Positions 39,385 through 50,191 of a DNA stretch of 64,000 nt are shown piece by piece. The notes below the pieces were generated by a model. That model ran no database searches, was not told the origin of the DNA, and saw only the letters and a list, made by a program, of their open reading frames with translations. Origin of the DNA: an uncultured Chloroflexia bacterium (GTDB taxonomy: Bacteria > Chloroflexota > Anaerolineae > CG2-30-64-16); assembly GCA_963774265.1 (NCBI GenBank), contig CAVZDU010000010.1, forward strand, positions 288,001-352,000. The letters are read 5' to 3'. A program made the position numbers and the translations under genes. How positions within the stretch are numbered: position 1 is the first letter of the stretch; each line of letters opens with the position of its first letter.

Positions 39385-41949
39385 ATGGCACAGGTGGGCC
39401 CTCACCCAAAGATTCGCTCGCTGGCCATCTTGTTTGAGCCGAATCAGGTCGTCAGCGACCCCATCGAATTGATGACCTACGAGAAAGATGCCAGCCTGGA
39501 TCGGGGCGTCCCCGATGCAGCGGTCTTCCCGAGGACAACCGACGATGTCGTCAAGATCGTCAAATGGTCCATCGAGACGAATACCCCCGTTGTGGCGCGT
39601 GGCGCTGGAACCGGCCTCTCCGGCGGCGCGGTGGCAGAGCATGGGGGCCTCATCGTTGGGTTCTCCCGCATGAACAAGATCACTGAGTTTGATGAGGCGG
39701 GCCGCAGCGTCGTTGTAGAGCCAGGCGTTGTTAATCTCGTGCTTGATGAGCACGTCAAGGCCTCGGGCCTTTACTACCCTCCCGATCCCGCAAGCGGTCG
39801 CACCGCAACCACCGGCGGCAACATCGCAGAGAACGCAGGCGGACCTCACTGCTTCAAGTACGGCGTCACCACAAACTACATCACCGGGCTGGAGGTAGTG
39901 CTTGCCGACGGCCAGGTCGTGAGATTGGGCGGTCGCGCTCTGGATTATCCAGAGCTCGACTTTGTCGGCCTGATGACCGGGAATGAAGGGACACTTTGTA
40001 TCATTACCGAAGCAAGTGCTCGTCTTCTGCGGTGTCCTCCCGCAATCAAGACCGCGTTGGCGTCCTTCGACTCGGTCGAGGCGGCCGGCGAGGCTGTGTC
40101 GGCAGTCATCGCAGCCGGACTGACACCAGCCACGATGGAGATGATGGATCAGAAGATCATGAAGATCCTTGAGGACTACACGCATGCCGGCCTGCCTGTG
40201 GAGGCAGGGGCCGCGCTCATCATCGAGGCAGACGGCTATGCGGAGGGCGTCGCACCCCAGATGGAGGAGATTTCTTCGATTCTCCGCCGGCGTCATGCGC
40301 GCGAGATTCGCATTGCACAGACTGCTGAGGAGCGCGATAGGATCTGGTACGGCCGGAAAAGCGCTGCGGGCGCCATGGCCCGCCTCGCGCCGGCCTACTA
40401 CCTTGCGGACGGCATCGTACCGCGCAGCCAGCTGGCCCAAACGCTTGCCGAGATCAACGCTGAAATCGAGCGCAATCACCTCAGAGTAGGTTACGTCTTC
40501 CACGCTGGCGACGGCAACCTGCATCCGTTTATTCTGATTGACGATCCAACGGACCGTGAACTGATGCAGCAGATCCTCCTGGTTGGGCAGCGGGTCATGG
40601 AGATCTGCGTGGCAAAGGGGGGCAGCGTCACGGGCGAGCACGGCGTAGGCAGCGAAAAGCGCAGTTACATGCCCCTCATGTACACTCCGGAGGAGCTGGC
40701 GGTGATGCGGGAGGTCAAGCAGCTTTTCGATCCGCACCAGCGTCTCAACCCGGGCAAGATCTTTCCGCCGACCTGGAGACGCCAGCACCAAAGCCTGCAG
40801 CCAGCCTGGCTCCGGCAACTCCTTGTGCGCCGGCCACGACCCAAGAGGCGGCGGAAGCCATCCGGGCCTGGGTGCACGAAGCGAAGACGATCCGTGTCGC
40901 AGGCGCAAGTACAAAATCCTCCTGCCTGCCCCCGACCGATGTGATTCTGCAGACCCAACGCCTTTCGGGGATCAAGTCGTATGCGCTGGAAGATCTTTAC
41001 GTAACGGTGGGCGCCGGCACCCGTCTTGCGGACCTGCAGGCCGAGCTGGCACGCGACAAGATGTGGGTTCCGCTCATATCCCCTTGGCCCGTCGCAACTG
41101 TTGGCGGCATCGTCTCCGCCAATTTCAACGCACCCTTGCGCATGCGCTACGGCGGCATCCGCGATCTGGTGCTCGCCGCATCGGTGGTGCTGCCTGATGG
41201 CCGCGTGATCCAGGCAGGGCGGCCGGTGGTTAAGAACGTCGCAGGCTACGACGTGACGAAGCTGTTCGTTGGCGCGCACGGTTCGCTGGGGCTACTGACT
41301 GAAGTCTCGCTCAAGCTTGCCCCACTTCCTCGGGCACGCGCTAGCATGATCATTCCGGTCGCTTCGCTCGCTGAAGGGTTGACACGCGGCCAGAGACTGC
41401 TGCGAGTCTGTCTGGTAGCCTCCAGCCTGCTGCTGTGCCAGAGGTGCGATCTTCCCGGTCTGTCATCGCTGCATGCACTGATCTATACGGTGGAGGGGAT
41501 GGCCGAAGACGTGACTGCGGAGCTGGCGGAGGTGCGGGCGATGCTGCAAGCGGATGGTGCAACAGGGCTGATGCAGGTCGATTCACCGTCAGGCAGTCAA
41601 GCCTGGGCCGACTGGTTAGCTTCCTCGAGCCCCAGGGGGGAGCCCTCCCTTGTGGTGCGCGCCGGCGTTGCGCCGAAGGACCTGCCCACACTCGTCATCG
41701 ATCTGGCGCCAGGCCTGGATGATGCTTCCTTCTGGGCTGACCTGGCGAATGGCATGCTATATGCGCGTGATGCACCCCTCAGGCCCATCCGCAGCGCGGC
41801 ACGGTCCTCTGGCGGATATGCTGTGGCGCTGTCGGGCGACGCGGCCGATCGATGGGGCCACACGCCGGCTGGGCTGCATCTGATGCGAGCCCTCAAAGCG
41901 CGTTGGGATGAGCATGGTCTCTTTTAACCCCGGCGCCTTTATCGTCTAA
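39385..41949 (+). CDS. GlcD-GlcE fusion FAD-linked oxidase, copy 1 (apparent frameshifts near 40765 and 41923)
   Basis: [43 protein letters not shown], then a GlcE-like half (VVKNVAGYD). Correcting two homopolymer indels gives the same [10 protein letters not shown]-terminus as copy 2. Confidence 0.85.
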
Positions 41950-42035
41950 TCGGCTTATGGGACATAGCAGCCGGCGCGAGAATGTGACGTTGCTCCTCGC
42001 TGCGCTGGCCGCGATCACCTGACAGGAGGGCCAGA

Positions 42036-44609
42036 ATGCAAAAGATGGTCTCTTCGGATGACTGGATGGCGTTACAGGCTACACTCCACCGCGATGCTAT
42101 CCTGACGAATCCCATCGAGTTGATCCCCTACGAATTGGACGGCAGCCTGGGGAGTGGCGCAGTGGAAGGCGTAGTCCTCACGCGCTCGGCCGATGAGGTG
42201 GTGAAGGTGGTGCGATGGGCCGCTGAGCGCGGGATACCCCTGATCGCGCGCGGTGCGGGCACGGGTTTGAGTGGAGGCGCAGTGGCGCCGCTCGGCGGGG
42301 TCATGGTCTCATTGGCGCGCATGAAGCAAGTTGTCGAAATGGATGAGTTAGGCCGCTCTGTTGTCGTGCAGCCGGGCATCATCCAACAGACACTGGATGA
42401 ATACGTGAAGACCAAAGGCCTGTACTACCCGCCGGATCCCGCAAGCGGTCGGGCCTGCACGATCGGCGGCAATCTTGGCGAGAATGCCGGCGGGCCTCAC
42501 TGTTTCAAATACGGCGTCACCACCAACTATGTAATGGGATTGGAGGCGGTGCTTTCCGACGGACGGGTTATACGCACGGGTGGCCGTGCCTTCGATTACC
42601 CGGAGTACGACTTCACGGGCGTCCTGGTCGGTTCTGAGGGGACATTAGGCATCATCACCGAGGCCGAGCTGCGCCTGTTGCGCAACATCCCCGGTATCAA
42701 GACGCTCATGGCCATTTTTGATTCGGTGGAAATGGCTGGCGAGGCGGTGTCGGCGGTGATTGCACGTGGTCTCGTGCCGGGCACGCTCGAGATGATGGAT
42801 CGGACCATGATCGGCATCGTGGAGAACTATGTGCATGCAGGCCTGCCCGTTGATGCCGAAGCGCTGCTTATCATCGAGGCCGACGGCTATGTCGAGAGCC
42901 TTGATTCTCAGATGGCTGAGATCATGGAGGTCATGAAGGCGCAGAATGCGCGCGAGCTGAGGCTGGCCCAAAATGCAGCAGAACGTGAACGCATCTGGTT
43001 TGCGCGCAAGAGCGCATTTGGCGCCATCGCGCAGATCAGTCCCGCGTATCTCATCGTGGACGGGACAGTGCCACGCTCGAGGTTGGCTCAGACGTTGGCG
43101 GCGATCAACCAGATATGCTCTCGCCATGACCTTAGGGTGGGCTACGTGTTTCATGCGGGCGATGGCAACCTGCATCCACTCATTCTGTTCGATCCTCAAG
43201 ACGCGGACATGGTGAAGCGCGTTCACGCAGCGGGACAGGATGTGATGGCGTTGTGCGTAGCCACCGGGGGCACTATAACCGGGGAGCACGGTGTTGGAAG
43301 TGAGAAGCGCCAGTACATGCGGCTGATGTTCAACGATGATGAGCTGTGCGCGATGCAGGATATTAAGGAGGTCTTCGACCCTAAGAACATCCTGAATCCC
43401 GCCAAAATTGTGCCCGAGGTGAGTCCCTGGCAGCCACCTGTCAGGGACTCCACACATTCGGCGGTGGACGCCGTCGAACACGCTCCACTTGACACCGCTG
43501 ATGTGTCAGAGGCGGTGCAGTCATGGGCCGCTGCGGGTCGGAGTGTCCACGTGCGCGGAGGAGGCACAAAGTCAGGTTTCCTGGCGCCGGCAGATGTGAT
43601 CCTCTCGACGAGGTCTATGTCCGGCATTAAGGCCTTCGAGCTGAATGACCTGTATGTTACCGTGGGCGCCGGAACCCCACTGGCGGAACTGGAACTCGCA
43701 CTGGCGCGTGAAAAGGTGTGGGCCCCGCTGGCATCGCCGTGGCCGGAAGCAACGGTCGGCGGCATTGTTGCTACCAACTTCAACGCGCCCTTGCGCATGC
43801 GTTACGGCGCAATTCGTGATTTGCTGCTCGCGATGACGGTTGTGATGCCCGACGGTCGAGTCATCCGCGCGGGCAGGCCAGTTGTTAAGAATGTGGCCGG
43901 CTACGACTTGCCGAAACTATTCACCGGTTCGCACGGCACCTTGGGGCTGATCACGGAGGTGTCTTTGAAGCTGCTGCCGTTGCCACGAGCCAGGCAGACG
44001 CTGGTTGTTCCGGTTACCTCGCTCGCACGGGGGTTGGAGATCGGGTCCCAGTTGTTGCGGATATGCCTGGCCGCTTCGAGCCTGCTCCTGTGTCGCGGCT
44101 GCGAACTGACTGATGTATCGACTCCGTTCGCGCTGGTCTACACTGCCGAAGGTGTTGTCGAAGATGTCGCCGCGGAACTTGTGCAGGTCCACGAGGTGTT
44201 GCGGAGCGTGCAGGCAGGCGCGCACGCCGCGCAGGTCACACCGGCGGCGTTGTCGGGCACGGAGGTGTGGGGCAGGTGGGCACGCGCGGCATCGACAGAG
44301 GACGCACTGGTCCGCACGGGAGTTGCGCCAAAGGATGTGGGCCGGTTGATGGTCGAAGCTGCACCTCTATTGGGCGATGCACCGTTTGTGCTTGATATCG
44401 CATCGGGCCTGCTCTACACACGCACGGGACCTGTTCAGCCCATCCGGGATGCTGCTCTTCGCTTGGGCGGCTATACATCTCTTGTTGGTGGTCGGTCGCG
44501 TGCGGAGGATCCCTGGGGCTATGCGCCGGACAGCCAATCCATCATGGCCGCGCTGAAGAGACGCTGGGACGGCCCTGGTCTTTTCAACCCCGGTGCGTTC
44601 ATCGTGTGA
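42036..44609 (+). CDS. GlcD-GlcE fusion FAD-linked oxidase, copy 2 (intact, 857 aa)
   Basis: Same motifs as copy 1 in one uninterrupted ORF; AGGAGG RBS. Confidence 0.92.
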   Translation: MQKMVSSDDWMALQATLHRDAILTNPIELIPYELDGSLGSGAVEGVVLTRSADEVVKVVRWAAERGIPLIARGAGTGLSGGAVAPLGGVMVSLARMKQVVEMDELGRSVVVQPGIIQQTLDEYVKTKGLYYPPDPASGRACTIGGNLGENAGGPHCFKYGVTTNYVMGLEAVLSDGRVIRTGGRAFDYPEYDFTGVLVGSEGTLGIITEAELRLLRNIPGIKTLMAIFDSVEMAGEAVSAVIARGLVPGTLEMMDRTMIGIVENYVHAGLPVDAEALLIIEADGYVESLDSQMAEIMEVMKAQNARELRLAQNAAERERIWFARKSAFGAIAQISPAYLIVDGTVPRSRLAQTLAAINQICSRHDLRVGYVFHAGDGNLHPLILFDPQDADMVKRVHAAGQDVMALCVATGGTITGEHGVGSEKRQYMRLMFNDDELCAMQDIKEVFDPKNILNPAKIVPEVSPWQPPVRDSTHSAVDAVEHAPLDTADVSEAVQSWAAAGRSVHVRGGGTKSGFLAPADVILSTRSMSGIKAFELNDLYVTVGAGTPLAELELALAREKVWAPLASPWPEATVGGIVATNFNAPLRMRYGAIRDLLLAMTVVMPDGRVIRAGRPVVKNVAGYDLPKLFTGSHGTLGLITEVSLKLLPLPRARQTLVVPVTSLARGLEIGSQLLRICLAASSLLLCRGCELTDVSTPFALVYTAEGVVEDVAAELVQVHEVLRSVQAGAHAAQVTPAALSGTEVWGRWARAASTEDALVRTGVAPKDVGRLMVEAAPLLGDAPFVLDIASGLLYTRTGPVQPIRDAALRLGGYTSLVGGRSRAEDPWGYAPDSQSIMAALKRRWDGPGLFNPGAFIV

Positions 44610-44701
44610 CCGCGGGGAAACCCCTCAACCTATGGGCAGCACATTTTCGATGTCGGTAAGACCTTGAGGGTGTGTGGCCCATGTTTTGCTGGAGGCTGAT
44701 C

Positions 44702-45790
44702 CTAACTCACACGTGTCGCCTCTGCCAAGGCTCTGATTCGATTCAGCTCTGCCTCGGGCGGCACGCGATCGGCAACCCCGAGGATCACCCGGGTGTCGCC
44801 ACGCGCGACCTCAACCGCTTCACGAACTGAACGAGCAAACGCCTCTTCCCCGTGTGCTCCCAGGAGCAAGTCCTGCGGCACTCCACCCCACAGCACAATC
44901 TGTGGCCCGCATGCTTCCCGCACCTCGGCCAGCGCAGCATCCCCGTGCGGCGGCCCGGAAATCCCCTCGATCGCATCGACGCCGGCGCCGGCCAGGAGGG
45001 GGGCAAGCCGTCGTCCCGGGCCACCGATGTGCACGATCAGACGCTTGGCTGTTTCGTGAGCGGCTGCAACCGTAGCCACGTAGCTCGGCCCCAGGTGTTC
45101 GCCAAACACGCGTGGTGGGATGTACTGCACATCCAGGTTATCTGCCGCCAGCAGCAAATCACCTGGCAGCGCAGCAACCTGCGGGACCAGCGCCCGAAGC
45201 TTGGCCTCCAGTTCGGCGACGATCGCATTGACCAGATCCTTCCCGGCGCCTCGCATTAGCAGCAGCCCTTCGCCCCAGCCCACCAGCGTATGGAGCAGAT
45301 CTGAATAGGGTTGCATCGGCAACTCCAGGGGTACGACGCCATCTTCTCCGACTGAGGCGCGCAAGGCGTCCAGGCCTTTAGCGTCGATCACATATTGGCG
45401 AGCCGCCGCTATATCGACGGTCAGGCTCAGATCATCGAGGGACTTTACCGGATACTCCGCCTGCCACCAATCGCCGTCCGGCCCGCGAGTCCAGCGCGCG
45501 AGCAAGGTGCGTCCCTGGACTCGATAGAGAATATCGTGCGTGTTGGATGTCTCTTCATTCGTTACTTCGACACCTTCATACTCGGCGCGCCAGGGGCGGA
45601 AGGGAGCCCAAATCGCAGTGCCGAGGGCGCGATGCGCGTCCGGGAGTGAAGTGCCGAAGTTGGGTGGTAATGTCTCGCGCACGGTGTGCCATTTATGCCA
45701 AAGGGTCAGATCGAGCAGTAGCAGAGGCGAGTTTTCAGTTGATGTTGGTGTGCTGTGAAAGCGGTTCAAGATTTCCGAATGCCAGGACAT
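44702..45790 (-). CDS. uroporphyrinogen decarboxylase / MtaA-CmuA superfamily TIM-barrel protein
   Basis: EYPVKSLDDL, ADNLD..IPPRVF..L.PSY, LIVHIGG, GVDAIEG, IVLWGGVP; start ATG 45790 inferred. Confidence 0.75.
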   Translation of the reverse strand: MSWHSEILNRFHSTPTSTENSPLLLLDLTLWHKWHTVRETLPPNFGTSLPDAHRALGTAIWAPFRPWRAEYEGVEVTNEETSNTHDILYRVQGRTLLARWTRGPDGDWWQAEYPVKSLDDLSLTVDIAAARQYVIDAKGLDALRASVGEDGVVPLELPMQPYSDLLHTLVGWGEGLLLMRGAGKDLVNAIVAELEAKLRALVPQVAALPGDLLLAADNLDVQYIPPRVFGEHLGPSYVATVAAAHETAKRLIVHIGGPGRRLAPLLAGAGVDAIEGISGPPHGDAALAEVREACGPQIVLWGGVPQDLLLGAHGEEAFARSVREAVEVARGDTRVILGVADRVPPEAELNRIRALAEATRVS

Positions 45791-45837
45791 AGGCGGTTCT
45801 CCTTCGGTCTCGCAGTATACCATCGATATGGGGAGTT

Positions 45838-46599
45838 TCAGGGGCTGAGGCTGAATAGCCATTGCCGAAGGGTTGTCACTTCTCCCTCAACTGCCACAGC
45901 GGCCTCGTAGCCGGGAGCGATATCAACCGCGTGCAGTGTCCAGCGAGACACCTCATCGATCCCATCGGCGGTGCTCAAGAGGGCGGCAGGTTCGTCGGGG
46001 CGTAGCGTCACGTCGAACCGGTTCAATGGGATGGACAGGCCTTCACCGCGTGCCTTCACATACGCTTCTTTGCGCGTCCAACAGCGAAAGAAAGCCGGGA
46101 CCTGTTCATTTGGAGGCAATTGGCGTAGCATATGGACCTCTCGCGGCGAGAAGAAGTGTTCTGCGATGTGTTCTTCTGCGATTTGGGGACGAAGTTGCTC
46201 GATATCGACCCCTATTCGTCGTTGAAGACCGATCGCGTAGAGGGCGAGCTCACCCGAATGTGAGAGGTTGAATGAGAAGCTGGCCGCTGACTGGCCAGGC
46301 TCAGCGGTCAGTCTTGGCTTGCCAAATGAGGAGTACTCGAACTTGACCTCTTTTGGCGATCTTCCGATGTAGGACGAGAGGATTGCGCGCAGCGCTCCGC
46401 GAGCGACCGCAAACCTGCGGGTGTCATCCGCGAATTGAAACTTCCGAGCCCGGGCCTGCTCATCAGGAGAAAGCGTCTGATAGAGGGCCCTGACATCATG
46501 GTCGGAGAGATCAAGCTGGGCCAACCAAAGATGCAGGTCGTCTGGCGCGAGCTCAGGGCTGGCCGGACCAGGTTGCCAAGGCAAATGCTTTCTGTGCAT
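45838..46599 (-). CDS. Sfp-type 4'-phosphopantetheinyl transferase
   Basis: FGKP, FNLSHS, IGVDIE, FFRCWTRKEAYVKARGEGL. Confidence 0.94.
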   Translation of the reverse strand: MHRKHLPWQPGPASPELAPDDLHLWLAQLDLSDHDVRALYQTLSPDEQARARKFQFADDTRRFAVARGALRAILSSYIGRSPKEVKFEYSSFGKPRLTAEPGQSAASFSFNLSHSGELALYAIGLQRRIGVDIEQLRPQIAEEHIAEHFFSPREVHMLRQLPPNEQVPAFFRCWTRKEAYVKARGEGLSIPLNRFDVTLRPDEPAALLSTADGIDEVSRWTLHAVDIAPGYEAAVAVEGEVTTLRQWLFSLSP

Positions 46600-46640
46600 A
46601 TTATGACTCTACGGGACATAGTATAGTGGGGAATTCCTTC

Positions 46641-46669
46641 TTGACAAGTGTCCCAATCGCTGCTACAGT
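46641..46669 (+). promoter_or_regulatory. sigma70 promoter of the trp leader
   Basis: TTGACA (46641-46646), 17 nt, extended -10 TGcTACAGT. Confidence 0.6.
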
Positions 46670-46699
46670 AATTTTATAATTGAATACTTTTGCCCCAAA

Positions 46700-47034
46700 G
46701 GCTATGAAGAGGACGAGTACACGCCGGGCCGGTGGCCCAGAGAGCGGGGGATGGTGAGAGCCCCGTCCAGTTGCCGGCGTCGAATGGCCCTCAGAGCCGC
46801 AGGCCGAAAGAGAGTCACGTATCGAGTAGGCCGCGCCGGAGTTGCCACCGTTATCAAGGCAAAGAGTATAAGCGCTGACCCTGTTGTCCGTGCCGTACTC
46901 GACCAAGAGTGAGGCTGGCTCGATTGACCCGTCGTCATCACGACGGGTCATTTTCGTTAAGGGCAGCCTAACCAGGGTGGCACCGCGGGATTGACATCCT
47001 CTCCCGTCCCTGATCCGGGAGAGGATTTGTATTT
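46700..47034 (+). ncRNA. T-box riboswitch, tryptophan-specific, with terminator
   Basis: Stem I with AGTA, AGAGAG and GGTGAGA motifs; specifier GAA-UGG (UGG at 46785-46787); CCGTTA pseudoknot motif; T-box AACCAGGGTGGCACCGCG (46970-46987); terminator ATCCTCTCCCG / CGGGAGAGGAT followed by TTGTATTT. Confidence 0.93.
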
Positions 47035-47051
47035 AATCTGCGGAGGTCGCC

Positions 47052-48506
47052 ATGCCGAATCTTATCCCCATTGTCCGTGAGTTGCCAGCGGACCTGGAAA
47101 CACCTGTCTCCGTGTACCTGAAGCTGGCCGGACACGGTCCATCCTTCCTGCTCGAATCCATCACGGGCGGCGAGCAGGTCGCGCGCTACAGCTTCATTGG
47201 TGTCGATCCCAGTCGCGCGTTCGTCTTTCGCGATCGCACGGTCGAGCGGCGCACGAATGGCCGTACCGAACACGAAACCCTTCCCGCTGGCCACGATCTG
47301 CTTCATACGCTTGCCGCCGAGCTTAGTACATTCGAGGTTGAGGCAGTGCTTGGGTTGCCCCGCTTCTCTGGGGGCATGGTAGGCTACCTGGGCTACGATG
47401 TAGTGCGTTTTTTTGAGCCGACCCTGCCTCTCGCTCCCAACGGTACACTACCGGACGCGATCTTCCTTCTTGCCGACACCGTGGTTGCCTTCGATCATGC
47501 CTTTGGGCGGTTGTTACTTGTCGCTAACGTCCAACTCAATGGAGACGAGGCGGCGGCACGTCGCGACGCCGAGCGGCGACTCGACCATATTCAGTTAGCC
47601 ATAGAATCACCCCTACCCCCACGCAAGCCGCAGCGTGCGCCCGAGTGCTGCATCGACCTCACCTCAAACCTGTCGTTTGAGGAGTTTACCTCTGCGGTGG
47701 AATCGGCCAAGAATCACATCGCTGCAGGCGACATCTTCCAGGTTGTCCTCTCGCAGCGGTTTTCCCGCCGCACCGGTGCCCAACCTTTCGACATTTACCG
47801 GGCCTTGCGACGTCTCAATCCGTCGCCTTACATGTTCTTTTTCGACTTCGACGATCTGGCGGGCGGCGCCAAGCCGCTTTATCTCATCGGCGCCTCACCG
47901 GAAATGCATGTGCGGCTGGAAGGGCGGACAGCCGCGATTCGGCCTATCGCCGGCACGCGACCGAGGGGCGTCACTCCCGCCGCGGATGTGGCCCTGGAAG
48001 GAGAGCTCCTGGCCGACCCCAAGGAGCGCGCCGAGCACGTCATGCTGGTTGATCTGGCGCGCAACGATCTTGGCCGCGTCTGCGACTACGGCACCGTCCA
48101 TGCGCCTGAGTTGATGTCCGTTGAACGTTACTCCCATGTCATGCACATCGTTTCGCACGTGGAGGGATGCTTGCGTTCCGCCAGCGATGGATTTGACTTG
48201 ATTCGCGCCTCATTCCCCGCTGGAACGGTGAGCGGCGCACCGAAAATCCGCGCGATGCAGGTCATTCAAGAGCTTGAACGCGATCCCCGCGGACCCTATG
48301 CAGGGCTTGTCGGCTACTTTTCCTATGATGGTTCACTCGACACCTGCATCGCCATCCGAACCCTGGTGATGCAAGGGGAGGAGGTCAGTGTGCAGGCTGG
48401 CGCTGGGATCGTCGCCGACTCAGTGCCCGCGCGGGAGTACCAGGAGTGTGTCAACAAGGCGCGCGCACTTGCCGCGGCCGTGGAACTGGCGGAGGGAACA
48501 TCATGA
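47052..48506 (+). CDS. trpE: anthranilate synthase component I
   Basis: DLETPVS, FLLES, GDIFQVVLSQR, NPSPYM, ASPE, EHVMLVDLARND, FPAGTVSGAPK. Confidence 0.96.
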   Translation: MPNLIPIVRELPADLETPVSVYLKLAGHGPSFLLESITGGEQVARYSFIGVDPSRAFVFRDRTVERRTNGRTEHETLPAGHDLLHTLAAELSTFEVEAVLGLPRFSGGMVGYLGYDVVRFFEPTLPLAPNGTLPDAIFLLADTVVAFDHAFGRLLLVANVQLNGDEAAARRDAERRLDHIQLAIESPLPPRKPQRAPECCIDLTSNLSFEEFTSAVESAKNHIAAGDIFQVVLSQRFSRRTGAQPFDIYRALRRLNPSPYMFFFDFDDLAGGAKPLYLIGASPEMHVRLEGRTAAIRPIAGTRPRGVTPAADVALEGELLADPKERAEHVMLVDLARNDLGRVCDYGTVHAPELMSVERYSHVMHIVSHVEGCLRSASDGFDLIRASFPAGTVSGAPKIRAMQVIQELERDPRGPYAGLVGYFSYDGSLDTCIAIRTLVMQGEEVSVQAGAGIVADSVPAREYQECVNKARALAAAVELAEGTS

Positions 48507-49070
48507 TTGCTGTGATCGATAACTACGATTCATTTACGTACAACCTGGTCCAATATATCGGCGAGCTGGGGGCGGAAGTATGCGTCTTCCGTAACGACGC
48601 CGTAACGGTTCGGGAGATCGAGGCTATGGCTCCCAGCCATGTCGTCGTCTCGCCAGGTCCCGGCGAACCCGCCGACGCGGGGGTGTCCAACGACGTAATA
48701 CGCGAGTCGGGAACGCAACGCCCCGTGCTCGGAGTATGTCTCGGACATCAGTGCATTGGCGAGGTCTTTGGGGGCAAGGTGGTGCGCGGCACGGCACCTG
48801 GTGCACGGCAAGACCTCACCCATTTACCACTATGGCGACGGCTTGTTTGTCGGTTTGCCCAGTCCATTTGACGCAACCCGGTATCACTCTCTGATTGTGG
48901 CTGAGCCCGTGCCGGATGCGCTGGAGATCACCGCCTTCACAACAGAGGGCGAAGTCATGGGGCTGCGTCACAAGACCCTGCCGGTCTTCGGCGTCCAGTT
49001 CCACCCGGAATCGATCCTGACACAAGGCGGCAGGCAACTTCTGAAGAACTTCTTGAATTGCAGGGTATGA
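48503..49070 (+). CDS. trpG: anthranilate synthase component II (frameshift near 48788)
   Basis: [23 protein letters not shown], then [21 protein letters not shown] in the next frame. Confidence 0.93.
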
Positions 49071-49108
49071 AGGGAAACCTGGTCTTGGACAAGCAAATGG
49101 GAGGCAAC

Positions 49109-50191
49109 ATGCTACACGACTACATCGGCAAGCTACTTCGATATCAAAACCTCACCGAGGAAGAGGCCCGCGAGGCGATGGACATTATTATGACCGGTCG
49201 GGCCACGCAGGCTCAGATCGGAGGCTATCTCATCGCACTTCGCATGAAGGGCGAGACTGTCGACGAGATCGCTGGCTCGGCACGCTCAATGCGCGGGCAG
49301 GCCAATGGGGTCCCCGTTCACCGTGCTGGCGCGCTGCTTGACACGGCCGGCACAGGTGGCGATGGTAAGTATACCTTCAATATCTCCACCGCAGCAGCAT
49401 TTGTAATAGCAGGCGCGGGTCGGCGGGTGGCCAAACACGGTAATCGAGCCGCTTCCAGCCGCTCGGGCAGCGCGGACGTATTGGCCGCGTTGGGTGTCAA
49501 TCTTGACTTAACGCCTGATCAAGTGGGTCAATGCATCGACGAGATCGGCATCGGTTTTCTCTTTGCGCCGAAGTTCCACCCGGCCATGAAGTACGCGGTT
49601 GGGCCGCGCAAGGAGCTTGGGCAGCGCACTATCTTCAACATCCTGGGACCCTTGACCAACCCCGCGGGTGCGACACATCAAATCATCGGCGTCTACGACC
49701 CCGCGTTAACCCACGTGCTGGCCGAGGTAATGGGCAGCTTAGGCAGCGAGGCCGCGTTGGTGTTCCACGGCGATGGCGGGCTGGACGAATTGACAACAGG
49801 GGGGCCGAACCGGGTAAGCCACTTGAATCATGGTAAGGTCACGACATTCGATCTGGACGCGGTCGACCCTTGCTTGCCGTTCCGGCGCTGCACGGTTGGT
49901 GATCTGCGTGGCGGCGATCCTCCTGAGAACGCGCGTCTACTGCGCGACATTCTTTCGGGTCGGGATCGAGGCCATCGGCGCGATGTCGTGCTGCTCAATG
50001 CCGCTGCTGCGCTTGCGGTCGAGTGTTGCGATGTCTCGACGGACCCTTGCGGTGTCCTCAGCGATACCGTGGCCCAGGCGGCGGCCTCCATCGACAGCGG
50101 CGCGGCGATGCGCAAGTTGGATATGCTCATAGCAATGAGCCAAGAGCTGAGTTCGCAGCCTGTGGCGAGCGGGAACGGCCACGGACGATGA
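49109..50191 (+). CDS. trpD: anthranilate phosphoribosyltransferase
   Basis: DTAGTGGDG..FNIST, KHGNRAASSRSGSAD, FNILGPLTNP, GLDE. Confidence 0.96.
   Translation: MLHDYIGKLLRYQNLTEEEAREAMDIIMTGRATQAQIGGYLIALRMKGETVDEIAGSARSMRGQANGVPVHRAGALLDTAGTGGDGKYTFNISTAAAFVIAGAGRRVAKHGNRAASSRSGSADVLAALGVNLDLTPDQVGQCIDEIGIGFLFAPKFHPAMKYAVGPRKELGQRTIFNILGPLTNPAGATHQIIGVYDPALTHVLAEVMGSLGSEAALVFHGDGGLDELTTGGPNRVSHLNHGKVTTFDLDAVDPCLPFRRCTVGDLRGGDPPENARLLRDILSGRDRGHRRDVVLLNAAAALAVECCDVSTDPCGVLSDTVAQAAASIDSGAAMRKLDMLIAMSQELSSQPVASGNGHGR

Noticed and set aside
39307-40914. 535-aa ORF on the minus strand
   Set aside because: It is antisense to the well-conserved GlcD-like gene and has no recognisable motifs; a typical shadow ORF of high-GC coding sequence. 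The same applies to the many other antisense ORFs in the track.
46585-46612. dif-like site (GTGCATATTATGACT)
   Set aside because: The spacing and XerD arm do not fit the 28-bp dif consensus, and it overlaps the PPTase start codon.
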